Below the pieces are notes generated by a model. It did no database searches and was not told where the DNA came from. It was given only the letters and a program-made list of their open reading frames with translations. Shown piece after piece: positions 11,068 to 22,699 of a stretch of DNA of 58,684 nucleotides (its first letter is position 1; each line of letters starts with the position of its first letter). Position numbers and translations under genes: made by a program. This DNA is from a candidate division FCPU426 bacterium. GTDB taxonomy: Bacteria > Oederibacteriota > Muellerivitia > Muellerivitales > Muellerivitaceae. Location: positions 1 to 58,684 of the forward strand of contig CAWHOE010000039.1 of assembly GCA_963830915.1 (NCBI GenBank), read 5' to 3'.

Positions 11068-14000
11068 TTATCTGAGAACAATGACTTTTCGGACCAAGCG
11101 GCCCAAAGGCTGTTCGATGAGGATGAAATAAACCGCGTTACCCACGACCGCTCCGCCCGTGTTGCGTCCATCCCATGAGAAACGATAGTTCCCCGGGCTC
11201 ATTTGCTGATCCACCAGCTTCTCGACTTCTTCCCCTGCGATGTTGAATACCAGGATCTTCACTTCCCCGGCTGTGTCGACCCTCACATCCATGCCCAGGG
11301 GCGCGGTGTTCGGGTTGAAGTAGTTACTATCCAGGTAAAGAGCGGCGTTGGGTGTGGGGCTTTGGGTCAAGGTGTCGGTCACGGTGGGCGTGTTGGTAAT
11401 GGTTGGAGTAAAGGTGAGGGTCGGGGTAAACGTGGGGGGCAAGGTGTTGGTATAAGTGGGCGTCAAGGTACTTGTGAACGTAAATGTCTGGGTCGGCGTG
11501 AAGGTGCGGGTCGAACTGTTGGTGGCGGTGGCCGTAGGTGTGGTGGTCATGGTGGCTGTACGGGTGTTAGTGGATGTGGCGGTGGAGGTTTGAGTGGCGC
11601 TGTTCGTCACAGTCAAGGTTGCCGTGAGTGTAGCCGTATTGGTGGCGGTGTAGGTGGTCGTGACCGTACTGGTCGGACTGTTCGTCGAGGTTGAAGTGGC
11701 GGTATTGGTAGCCGTTTGGGTGGCGGAAGGAGTGGGGGAGTTCGTAAAGGTGGAGGTGGCTGTTCCCGTATTGGTCCCTGTATTGGTCGCGGTCGAAGTG
11801 GCCGTATTGGTTGGAGTAAAGGTGGAAGTTGGAGTCTGGGTATTGGTCGCCGTATTACTGGCCGTACAAGTGGCCGTATTGGTCATTGTGCTGGTAGCGG
11901 TATTGGAAGAGGTTGGGGTCGATGTGTTGGTGACTGTATTCGTCGATGTATTGGTGGCGGTGTTGGTCACCGTATTGAGGGCAGTCGTCGTATTCGTGGC
12001 AGTCCCAGTGGAGGTTGAGGTTGGTGTATTGGTTGGGGTATTGGTCGCAGAATTCGTGGCGGTATTCGTCGCGGTGCTAGGTGTGGTATTGGTCGCTGTG
12101 TTTGTGGAAGTGTTCGTGGCTGTCGATGTGTTAGTCCCAGTATTAGTAGTTGTATTTGTAACTGTACTCGTTGCCGAATTCGTAGCGGAGTTCGTTGCGG
12201 TATTGGTGACGGTATTTGTAGCTGAGTTTGTCACTGTATTGGTTGCGGTATTCGTAGCCGTATTAGTGGCCGAGTTGGTCGCTGTATTCGTAGGCGTGTT
12301 AGTGTCTGTGGGAGTGTTGGTGCCAGTATTCGTCGCACTATTCGTGGCTGAATTGGTGGCGGAATTAGTTGCAGTATTTGTTGCCGTATTCGTAGCGGAG
12401 TTCGTTGCGGTATTGGTGGCAGTATTTGTGGCGGTCGGTGTGTTGGTCCCTGTATTCGTAGCCGAATTAGTCGAAGTGTTGGTGGCGGAATTTGTAGGCG
12501 TATTTGTTGTCGAATTTGTTGGGGAATTCGTCGCGCTGTTGGTGGCGGTGTTGGTTGCTGAATTAGTGGCGGTATTCGTAGCGCTGTTAGTGGCCGTATT
12601 AGTGGCCGAGTTGGTCGCTGTATTGGTAGCGGTGTTAGTAGCGGTCGGAGTGTTGGTGCCAGTATTCGTCGCGCTATTAGTGGTGGTGTTCGTCGCTGAA
12701 TTAGTAGCGGTATTCGTCGCGCTGTTAGTGGCCGTATTTGTGGCTGAGTTGGTCACTGTATTCGTAGCCGTGTTCGTCGCACTATTGGTAGCTGTATTAG
12801 TGGCGGTGTTCGTAGCCGAGTTAGTGGCTGAGTTGGTCACCGTATTCGTCGCCGTGTTGGTCGCAGAATTAGTCGTTGTGTTGGTGGCCGTATTCGTGGC
12901 GGTCGGGGTGTTGGTCCCAGTATTGGTAGCTGAATTCGTCGTGCTATTCGTGGCCGTATTAGTGGCTGAGTTGGTCACCGTATTCGTCGCCGTATTGGTC
13001 GCCGAGTTGGTCGCGCTGTTCGTCGCGGTATTGGTGGCGCTATTGGTTGCCGTATTGGTCGGGGTATTGGTGGGTGTATTGGTCCCAGTGTTGGTGGGGG
13101 TATTCGTGGGTGTTATTGTCGCGGTATAGGGCGTCACCGGGCAATATCCTGTAATTATCGTATTCTGGTCGGTACTGTAACCGATAGGTGTGAAGGTGCC
13201 CGGGAACGTGCCAAAAGTCGCGCATCCGAAACAGTAAGCCTCGGAGTTCGCCGCTCCGGTCGTATAAGAAAGATAAACCCGCCCTTGGCTCGTTTCCTGA
13301 TAAACCAACCAGTAATTACCGATGCTTAACACGGTTGGAGGCAAAGCGATGGTGTTCCAACCGTTGAACGCTTGCTGGGTCGCTGTCTGAGCGACCAAAG
13401 TGCCGGGCGTACCAGAGTTATCGTTGTAAATGGCCATCTGTATTTGGGTGGATGGATCCAATGTCGGGAAGAAAACGGACATTGAGGTGATGGTGGCCGC
13501 TTCACCCAAGGCGTATTTACTGCCCCGCAATTGGCCCGACCCGATGGAGGTATAGGGGTTGAACGTAACGGGATTGCCGAACGAACCGAAAGCTGGCGCG
13601 CAGGGAGGCGTGTCGGTGGCGTTGGGCGTGAAGGTATTCTTGGGGGTCCAGGTGGGGGTAGCGGTCGGACTGGCGGTAGGGGTGCTTGTGTAGGGATTGG
13701 CCATGTTGAGCCGGAAACCCAAATCCGACGAGGGTTGGTTCATCCACCCTGAACTGTAAACACTGTAATAGGAATTGGTCGAATTATACGTAAGGTTGTC
13801 ATAGGGAACCCCGCCCGATTCGGACGGCACATTGATGAAATAATAGGCCCCGCTCGTGGAACCCGCCGAGGAAAGGATCACCTGGTAAAGGTCGGTCCCA
13901 TTCAGGGTATAAGTGGCCGAAAGATTGGCATCCATCCAGGCCGGCGTAGTAGGCACCGAGGCGACGCTGCCCATGATCCCTTGATCCATGGTGACCGGGC

Positions 14001-17000
14001 CTACCGTGTCCAAAAGGATATAGCTCACGGGCGCCGCGGGCGACCCCGAACGGTAAAGGAATAGCCCCAGCTTGTTCACCTGCACACCGGCCGATCCCTG
14101 GAAAAATTCTGAAATGGTCGTGGCGCCGTAAACGCCCACATAGTTTTGAGTGAACGGATTGCCGTAATAAGTGCCATCGTTGAAATCCAGCACGAACACC
14201 GGCATCGCGTTCTCGTTCACCCAACTGCTTCCGCTATTGGTCGACAATAAAAGGGTCAGGTTGCTGTCGAAATACTGGTCCAACGGGATCAATTGGTGGT
14301 TCGGGGTAGTCCCATCGTAAGCCTGGTAATAATTGGAAGCGGTCGCCAAGGCAGATTTGATGACAACGTGATAGACCTGACCCGCCGTCAAATTCGCGGT
14401 GGAGATGGGCACCAGGGACCAGATCGTGGAGGTTGAAGGCGTCACCGTTCCGCTTCCCAGGTAGACCCCGCTGGGATTGCCCGCGTTGTCGGCTTGGATG
14501 CCGACCGTATAACTGGGCACCGTACCGTATCCCGTCCCATAGATCCTGATCTGGGTGACCGCCTTGGACTGCCTGGCCGTGAACCTTAAGGCGTCCTCAT
14601 AGCTGGCCGAGAGCAGGGCCGGGCCCGCGATCGCGTCCGCCACGCTTTGGTTGCCCAGATAGGAGGGCGGACCATTGGGGGTGAGTGTCGGGGTAGCGGT
14701 CAAAACGGCGTCCGTATCCAGGGAAAAGCGGAAGGAAAGGTCCTGGGTCTGGTCAGGGGTCCAAGTCGATCCGCCATTGGTGGAATTGACCGCGTAAGAA
14801 TTGGTCCCATCATAGCTCAAACCCTCTAAATAGGCCGTGGGACCGGGAATGTCATCTCCCAGCACTTCATAGAAATTCGACACGGTGGATGACGGCGAAT
14901 TGACGGAGACCTGGAACTGATGCCCGCTCATAAGGACGATAGGGTTCGATAAATTCGCTTCGATCCAGGCGGGAGAACTTTGAACCGGTACCGCGGTCGC
15001 CAAAGCCAGGGTCCCGGTATCTAGGGTGACGCCCAGGGTCAGGTCCTGGAGCATATAATAAAGTTTATCCGCCGGGTTCCCCGATTTCGCCAGGAAGAAC
15101 CCAAAACGGTTCACCTGTTCATTGGAACCCGTATTCCTGAAGACCTCCCCATAGCAGTTAGTCCCATAGACCCAATTGATGTTCCCGTTGTAATACGGAT
15201 TCCCATAGGTGGAGGAATCCGTGTAATCCAGCGAGAAGAGAACGGACCCTATGCCCGTCGCCCAAGAACTGACGTAATACTGATATAAGAATTGAGAATC
15301 GGTCGATTGATCAAAGGGGACAATGGTTTGGTTCGGATTGGAGCCAGGATCAAGGGTTATATAATCCGAAGCGTCGATCCCGCTCACCCCGGCCACGACA
15401 ATATGATAAGGGGTCGATGCCGAAAGGGAGACCGATCCCAAACTAATGGAGTTCCACCCCGAGACAAAAGCCATGGTGACCGGCGTTCCCAGGATGGTGC
15501 CGCTAGGATTACCCGCGCTATCGGTTTGAATGCTGACTTGATACATCGAGGTAATCCCATAGTTCGTGACGTAAAGATGGACCGCGCTGGCCGTCTTGGC
15601 GGTCTTTTGGGTGAACCTGTAAGCCGACTTATACGTTGCGGTCGAAAGGGAAAAAAGACCACCCCCGCCAGTGGCATAATAAAGATTCCCAATATAGCCT
15701 CCAAAGTTGGTCGGGGTATTGGTGATCGTTGGCGTAAAGGTTGGGGTGGCCGTCACGGTAGGCGTAAAGGTGTAGGTATAGGGGCAATTGCCGTTGTACT
15801 GGTATTTGATGGTCATGAAGTCGTTGTTGGCCCCGTTGGAGGACTGGCCTGTCACGATGACGTCGCTTCCCGTCGCCCCTCCCACCGCTACCGCGTTGGA
15901 CTGATCCACCCCCAGGGCCCGGGTAAAGGTCTGGTCCCATAGGATCGTGCCGTTGGGAGCGTATTTGACCGTATGGTATTTGCCGATAGAATCCTGCAGG
16001 ACGCTGTAGATAAAGCCCTGGGAGTCCACGGCCACGCTGTTGCCGACTGTCGTCATAGCGCCGTTGTAGGTGACGTTCAAGGAAACCGCGCCAGCCGATG
16101 TCTCATACTTCAAGAGGCGGCCCACATTATGGGTGCCGTTGTTGGAATAGCCGTTGGCCCAAACATAGGCGCCGGTTGGGTCCACCGCCAGGCTATAGAT
16201 ATCATCCGTATTCCCGCTGTTATAGGTCACGTTCCAGGCGATGGTCGTCGTACCCGCGCTGTATTTGATCATCCGGTCATGGTTGATACCCGATACGTCC
16301 GATTCCCCGCCCACATACACGTTTCCTGATGGGTCCACCGCGACGCCGAATCCCTGGTCGTGGTTCCCTCCCGAATCATATTTGGCTGGCCAGGTCGTTT
16401 GCAGATTCCCATTCAAATCGTATTTCATGGTCATGACATCCCAATTGGTCGTGGTATAGGACCGGCCCGTCACATAGACATAAGTGTTCGTGGGGTCCAC
16501 CGCGACGGCCAAGGCGTCGTTGTCGTGGGCGCCTCCCGTTCCGTCATAATATTGAGCCCATTGGGAAACACCCGCCGAGTTGAGTTTCAAGGTCATGAAA
16601 TAACGGCCCGTGGTGTATTGCTTGGAACCCACTGCGAAAACATCGCCGGAAGAGTCAAGCGCCAGCCCGGCCAAAGTGGCGGTCGTCGTGGGATAACAAG
16701 CGGTGTTCCAAACGACGTTACCGTTGATGTCGTACTTGATGACCTGGACCTGGGTGTGGGTCCCATTGGGTGTGGTGCCGCCCACATAAACGTTGCCGGA
16801 AGAATCCACCGCGACCGCGGAGGCCGTGTCAGCTCCGCCGCTGTCATAGATCATGGGCTGGGTACAGGGGGTGCCGTTAGGGATAGGGGTTTGGGTGGGG
16901 GTCGGGGTGGGTTGGTAATAGATCAAGGCCCGGTTGTTGCCGTCGTCCACTACGAATAAATTGTAATTGTTATAAAAGACACCCACAGGCAGGCTTTCCG

Positions 17001-19175
17001 TATTGGGCCCGGTACATCCGCCCTGATTATTGCTACCGGTGGTCATGATGGTTTGTCCCAGGACGATACTGGCAGGGGCGTTGTTGGTGACGGGTATGCC
17101 GTAATATTCCAGGACCCGTTCGTTGTCCAGGTCGGAGACATAAAGGTTGAATCCATCCGTACAAACCCTCTCCGGGTAAGAAAGGGTGTTGGCGGTGGGA
17201 TTTGCGTTTCCCTGGTTCGAGCTGATAGCGGAAGTAGTGGATTGACCCACGACAACACTGGCTGAGGTGTTGCTAGTGGTGGGCATGCTGTTGTAGATCA
17301 AGACCCGGCTGTTATAGGTATCGGCGATATAGAACCTGGTCCCGTCACTATAAACGCCGTAGGGCTGGTTGAGCGTATTCAACCCCGCCGTGCCGCCCTG
17401 GTTGGCGGTATAGCCGGCCATGGTGATTTGGCCTTCTACGATATTGGCCCCTTGACCATAAGTGGCCGGGAAAGTTGTCCAAATAAGCACACGGTTGTTT
17501 CCCTCATCCGCCACGACGACCGTGGTGCCGTTGCTCCAGACACTCCGGGGAAGGTTCATGCCGCTGGCGCCGGTTGCCGTTACCGAGCTTCCAAAACCGG
17601 TCTGGCCCAACACCATGGTGGCGTTGGTCCCGCTTACGGTCGGTATCGTATTGTAGATCAGGACCCGGCTATTCGCCGAATCCGCCACCAACAAGTGGGT
17701 CCCGTCGCTGTAGACCCCGTTGGGCGAATTCATTTGGTTGGAGGCGTTTCCCGGCGCCGCCGTAGTCATGGAGGATTGGCCTAGGACCACGGCGGCAGGG
17801 GCATTGTTACTGGTCGGGATGCCGTTGTAGATCAGCACCCGGTTGTTGGCCGTGTCGGCGATATAAAGGTTGGTCCCGTCGAACATCATGTCCCCGGAGC
17901 CCGAAAGGGTGTTGGCGGTTATCCCGTTTCCCTCATTGGCGAAGCCAAAGGTATATACGGTCTGGCCAATGACCCCGTTATCAGCGGCAAAGCCGCTGGT
18001 GGAAGGGATCGGGCTGTAGTTGAGGATACGGCTGTTGCCCCCATCCGCGATCAGGAGGGTGGTGCCATTGCTGAAAACACCGTATGGCTCCGATTCGGAA
18101 GTGGAACTGGCCGAACCGCCTTGGTTGGCCGTTCCGGTCGTGAAGAGCGTTTGCCCCAAAACGACGTTGGCCGGGGCGTTACTGCTGACCGGCATACTGT
18201 TGTAAACGAGGGTGCGGTTATTGGCGGAATCGGCGATAAAAAGCCTGGTGCCGTCGCTGGAAACACCTGTTGGATTATTCAGAACGCTCGCCGTAGGTCC
18301 GGCCAACCCGCCATTGGCCGCTGTCAGGGCGGCGCTGAACCCGGTCTGGCCGACCACGTAATTGGCGGCCACCCGTTCCCGGCCGGCATGGGGCTGAATA
18401 GCAGGACCCGGTTGTTGCCTGAATCCGCCACTACCAACGTGGTACCCGCGAAACAAACCCCTTGGGGAACGTACATTTGTGTCACGGACCCATTACCAGC
18501 CACATGACCAGTCAAGCTGGTCTGACCCAGCGCCCAATTAGCCGCCGTTCCATTTCCAGCAGGGACATGATTGAACAGCAAGACCCGATTGTTGATCCCG
18601 TCCGCAACGACCATCGTGGTCCCAGCGTAACAAACGTCATAGGGAGTATTCATGCCGGTGGAAGTGGCAGCCGTCACCGCCGAGGTGAAAGTGGATTGGC
18701 CCGCCACCCAGATCGCCGAGGCGTCGTTCGTGGTGGGAATGGGGCTATAGATGAGGACCCGATTGTTGCCGGAGTCGGCGATCAACAAAGTGGTCCCGTT
18801 ACTAGCCACGCCCAAGGGTTCGTACAGGGTATAAGCCTGGGGCGTGACCAATCCCTGGTTGGCGCAATCAGAGACAAAATCAGGCTGACCGACGACCACA
18901 CTCGCCTGCTGGTTGAAACCGCTGGGGATGCCGTTATAGATGAGGACCCGATTATTTTCGTAGTCCGCCACGAATAAATAGGTGCCGTCGTAATAGATAT
19001 GGCCCAGGTTGTTCAGGGTCGAACTGGTAGGCGCAGGTGCGTTCGGAAGATTCCAGTTAAAAGTCTGCTGGCCGATGACCACATTGGCGTTCTGGTCGGT
19101 CGTGAAAGCCATCAGGATCGCCGTCAAGGACACGAACAGGAGGATCCCGATAAGGTAGGATAATTTACGGGTCAT
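11068..19175 (-). CDS. Giant secreted surface protein (about 2700 aa): NHL repeats, SBBP-like propeller, duplicated beta-rich modules, Thr/Asn stalk, C-terminal FlgD-Ig/T9SS-CTD-like domain; one frameshift near 18373
   Basis: Signal peptide MTRKLSYLIGILLFVSLTAILMA; repeated ADxxNNRVLIY; AVAVDxSGNVYVxG repeats; C-terminal LDSNYFNP...VKILVFNIAGEEVEKLV...FSWDGRNTGGAVVGNAVYFILI. Lengthening the run at 18372-18374 by one gives GNGVAANYVVGQ and fuses both ORFs. Confidence 0.88.
11350..13130 (-). repeat. Low-complexity coding repeat, 12/24-bp period (ATNT/ATNS units, then TPT/TFT)
   Basis: About 590 aa of TNTATNSATNT-type sequence; recurrent gtattggtggc/gtattcgtcgc variants in the DNA. Confidence 0.95.
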
Positions 19176-19867
19176 TCCCCCGCCTTAGACACGGCCTCAG
19201 GAGCGGTCCGCTGATGGGGCTTCGCGTCTTTTTCGATCTTGCTTATCTTGGCCTGGACTTGCCTGGCCTTTTTGAATAATCGGATCTGGGCGTAGAACTG
19301 CTGGACCTGCTGAAGGACCATGAGACTGCCTTCAACAGCGTCCTTCGTATAGCGAGAGACGATAGAGGGTGCGGCCCACTGAACGGCCTTGTCCAATTCC
19401 ATGAAACCCCCGCCGGGATTAGAAGCGCGGAAATAGGCGAAACCCAGCTTCATATGTAGATCGGCGTTATCCTCTTCTAGGGCAATGAGTTCCTTGAGGA
19501 CCTGGATCCCTTTGGCGTTCCAATCCTTGTGGGATTGGGACAAGCCCGCGGCGCCGTCGCAATAGAGCATGGCTTGGTCCATATAGATCTGGCGTGTCAA
19601 ACTTTCATTGGGCGATCGGGAAAGGGCTTGGGTGTATTCCGTCTCGGCCCCATCGTAGTCTTTCAATAAATAGAGGTCATAACCCAGGTTGTTGTGGAAT
19701 ACTGGATTCTTGCCCTCAAGAAATACGGCTCTTTTGAAATTCTCCTTGGCTCCCATTAGGTCCTGACGCCCGAAAGCCTCGGCTCCCTTTTGGTTGAAAT
19801 GATTGGCCGCGGGGCCGCAACCAGTCAGTCCGAAAGCCGTAAGAAGGAAGATCAAAATAGATCGCAT
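19172..19867 (-). CDS. TPR-repeat lipoprotein
   Basis: MRSILIFLLTAFGLTGC lipobox; TPR-like FHNNLGYDLYLLKDYDGAETEYTQAL; stop overlaps the ATG of the giant protein. Confidence 0.8.
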   Translation of the reverse strand: MRSILIFLLTAFGLTGCGPAANHFNQKGAEAFGRQDLMGAKENFKRAVFLEGKNPVFHNNLGYDLYLLKDYDGAETEYTQALSRSPNESLTRQIYMDQAMLYCDGAAGLSQSHKDWNAKGIQVLKELIALEEDNADLHMKLGFAYFRASNPGGGFMELDKAVQWAAPSIVSRYTKDAVEGSLMVLQQVQQFYAQIRLFKKARQVQAKISKIEKDAKPHQRTAPEAVSKAGE

Positions 19868-20110
19868 CTGGCTCCCTTGGAAAGAAGTAAAGGTGTTGGG
19901 AAACATCGGGGTTGGTTCGAAAGGGGTGAAGAATGGATGTTGGACTCGGATTCCAGCCGCCGAATAAGAGTTGGCTAAATCGACATGGATATCTTGTGAT
20001 ATGGATAATTTCAAAAACTCTCCCCTTGAAACGAAGCCAAAATCAATGCGGTCTTCAAACCGCGCTCCAAAAAGAACCAAAAGGTATAAGCGTGGAAAGA
20101 TAATGATTTA

Positions 20111-20152
20111 CGCAATTTTATCGGTAAAACAGTTAACCCGCAACTTTATCGG
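20111..20152. promoter_or_regulatory. 14-bp direct repeat, candidate operator upstream of the TPR/giant-protein operon
   Basis: cgcaattttatcgg (20111-20124) and cgcaactttatcgg (20139-20152). Confidence 0.4.
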
Positions 20153-20525
20153 AGAAATATTTAAGCCGATTTTAAATGAAAAAACGAGGGTTTTAAGAAT
20201 ATTCGATCATTTGACGGGGGTCACACCTCTGGCCATAACGATTCAGTTCATATACGGCTCGCCTATGGAGCCAATGGATGGATCAATTTCTGTGATTTCA
20301 TTTTTTACAGCAAAGCCGAAGAACCTCCAGACCTTCCCCCAAGGCTGGCCCAAGAACTACCCTGCCCAAGACAAGGATGTCGGCCGCTCGTTAACCACTG
20401 AGGCAGTGGCTATTGGGTTTAATTTAAATGTCGGTTGGTATTACTTTTGATCGACTATAGGTTTCCCATTGGACGGGTGAACTCAAAATATTTTTGAATG
20501 ATCCAAGGCTAGGTTGAATTGAAAG

Positions 20526-20601
<76 letters not shown>

Positions 20602-20654
20602 AAGAGGCGGAAAACAGTCCCTTTTTAAAGGGAAAAACGAAAAACAAGGCTTGA

Positions 20655-20683
20655 AGATTATCAGGACAAAAGGGGCTTGTCAA
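20655..20683 (-). promoter_or_regulatory. Sigma-70-type promoter of tRNA-Phe
   Basis: TTGACA-17 nt-TAATCT on the minus strand, about 55 nt before the tRNA. Confidence 0.7.
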
Positions 20684-20718
20684 TTGGTAGATTCAAGAAG
20701 GTCTCGAGTACCGGGAGT

Positions 20719-21696
20719 TTAAAAGATACGGAATTGGTTGAACTTGAAATCGAGCCCGAAAAAGAAAGTGTCCGAACTGGTCGACCCAAAACTGGCGGGG
20801 TCATAGGCGATATCGATGGAGTAATCGTCACCGTCCATATTGCGGGTCAAAGTGCAGCCAAGGGTGTAATCATCAAATACATTCCCGGTCGGTGTTCCCA
20901 GGCTCTCGAACTTATAACCGCCCCTCACCGCGAAAAGATGCGGGAAAAGCCAGAACTCCCCACCAATCCCCATCTTGATATCCTGATCGGACGGTTTGAA
21001 TATCTCGATACCCACATTGAGGTCCCGGTCCCCTTCGATCACTTGATGGTCACCCAAGCCGACACGAATGAACATGGGAAGCGGATCGGACGTGGTACCG
21101 GTCGGGTTGAACTTCATGCCCGTTCCCAAGTTCTGGACGGCCAAGCCAGCCCGCAACCCATAAGGCAACTTGTCCAGTTGGCCTCCCAGGTCGAAGGCCA
21201 CCGCGCTGGAGGAAAAGGAAGCCAGATCGGTATTCAGGTATTTCACGGTCAGGCCTATCCGGAACATGGATGAGCATTTCAAGGCATAGGAAAGGGAGCC
21301 TAAAAAATCATCCGAATTGACCGGCGCGTTCCCATTTCCGTTATCGATGGTCGGCATATGCCGATAGGTGATGTTGGCGGCCATGGCGCTGTCAGAACCG
21401 AAAGCTGTCGCGAAAGTCAAATACTCATAGGAGATATCGGCAAGACTGTCCAAATGCATCAGGACGATCTGGGTGGCCTTGATCTGGGCCAACCCGGCGG
21501 GGTTGTAGTTGACCGAATAGGCGTCGTCGCCCATGGCCGTATAGGCTCCGCCCATGGCGGCCGGCCTGGCGCCCTGGTTGATCTTCAGTATATCGGCGGT
21601 CGTGGTCCCAACCCCTTGCGCCAGGGAAATAGAGGCGGTCAGAACGAGGAACAGGAAAAACGTTATGAATCTTGAAAACTTGAAATTTTTTTTCAT
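20719..21696 (-). CDS. PorV/PorQ-like (UPF0164/FadL superfamily) outer-membrane beta-barrel
   Basis: Signal peptide; LKINQGARPAAMGGAYTAMGDDAYSVNYNPAGLA signature; amphipathic strands; terminal Phe. Confidence 0.85.
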   Translation of the reverse strand: MKKNFKFSRFITFFLFLVLTASISLAQGVGTTTADILKINQGARPAAMGGAYTAMGDDAYSVNYNPAGLAQIKATQIVLMHLDSLADISYEYLTFATAFGSDSAMAANITYRHMPTIDNGNGNAPVNSDDFLGSLSYALKCSSMFRIGLTVKYLNTDLASFSSSAVAFDLGGQLDKLPYGLRAGLAVQNLGTGMKFNPTGTTSDPLPMFIRVGLGDHQVIEGDRDLNVGIEIFKPSDQDIKMGIGGEFWLFPHLFAVRGGYKFESLGTPTGNVFDDYTLGCTLTRNMDGDDYSIDIAYDPASFGSTSSDTFFFGLDFKFNQFRIF

Positions 21697-21721
21697 TTTC
21701 AGATCTCAGTCCTAACGTTCG

Positions 21722-22699
21722 TTAAAATTTCGTGGTCAAGGAAACCCGATGAGCGTCCCCGAAAATATCCTCGGGAGCGTAGGCGTAATCCAGGAACAAT
21801 ACCGTCCCCCCGAAATCAAGCCCCAAACCAGCCCCGACCGTAAAACCAACACCGTTCAAATAAGTATCCAGGAACTTATATCCAGCTCGCAAAGTAGCGC
21901 TGGTCCCGACCCATTTGTAATTATACTCCAGCCCGACCCTCACCCCAACAGGATCCTCGATGGGCTTGATCGGAAATGCCGTATCCAACGAGATAGAACC
22001 GTCATCCTGCTCGGAAAACAATTCATATCGGCGGTAGGAAAGTCCAGCGTCCAGGGACAAGGGCAGGTCATACCCATCGCTTTGGCCGCCTAAATTCTTC
22101 AAGACTATCCCGATCCTCATCCCATTAAAGGGAGGAATGATCACCACGCCCCCATCCACATCCACGAGGGAATTTTGGATGGTATCGATCTGTTGTTGGA
22201 TGAGTTTGACCGATATCCCGACATGGACCGCCGGGCTAATATCCTTGGCCAAGGCCAGGGTAAAGACATTATCGCCGCTTGAGAATGTGCCGATGGTTTG
22301 ACCTTGGTCGTTACTGCGCTGCATTTCCCCTGGCTGGATGAAGCTGGCGCTTAAGGCCACGACCCCGCCGACGGAAGGAAAGGATTGACCCAAGGGACTA
22401 GCGAAGGACATATATTCGTAATTCAAACCCTGATAGAGGGACATGTAGGTCAGGTCGAATTCGTTCGTAAGGATGCTGGCTAAACCCGCCGGGTTGTAAT
22501 AGATCGAACCAACATCATCGCCCAAAGCGATATAAGCCTCCCCAACACCCATGGCTCGGGAGACGGGAGAAATACTTAAGAAGTCGAAAGCGCTCCGACC
22601 ACCGTTGGCGGTCGTCTGGGCTGTGGCGGGCAGGGTCAAACCCCAAAAGGCTAAAAAAGCGCAAAAGAATACCCGTTTCAAATAATGATACTGATCCAT
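21722..22699 (-). CDS. PorV/PorQ-like outer-membrane beta-barrel
   Basis: FDFLSISPVSRAMGVGEAYIALGDDVGSIYYNPAGLA; C-terminal LDYAYAP...HRVSLTTKF. Confidence 0.85.
   Translation of the reverse strand: MDQYHYLKRVFFCAFLAFWGLTLPATAQTTANGGRSAFDFLSISPVSRAMGVGEAYIALGDDVGSIYYNPAGLASILTNEFDLTYMSLYQGLNYEYMSFASPLGQSFPSVGGVVALSASFIQPGEMQRSNDQGQTIGTFSSGDNVFTLALAKDISPAVHVGISVKLIQQQIDTIQNSLVDVDGGVVIIPPFNGMRIGIVLKNLGGQSDGYDLPLSLDAGLSYRRYELFSEQDDGSISLDTAFPIKPIEDPVGVRVGLEYNYKWVGTSATLRAGYKFLDTYLNGVGFTVGAGLGLDFGGTVLFLDYAYAPEDIFGDAHRVSLTTKF

Noticed and set aside
11900..13100. Periodic DNA resembling a CRISPR array or satellite
   Set aside because: No identical repeat with unique spacers, variation is at synonymous positions, it is in frame within a gene, and no cas genes are present.
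11654..13129. 491-aa Val/Ala-rich plus-strand ORF
   Set aside because: Antisense shadow of the Thr/Asn repeat; ACN and AAY codons read as Val/Leu/Phe without stops on the other strand.
19971..20450. 159-aa plus-strand ORF in the tRNA-adjacent spacer
   Set aside because: TTG start, no SD, no recognisable motif; more likely non-coding regulatory DNA.
20200..20520. Possible riboswitch or ncRNA in the spacer
   Set aside because: Only a small ccactg/cagtgg hairpin; no c-di-GMP or other riboswitch consensus recognised by eye.
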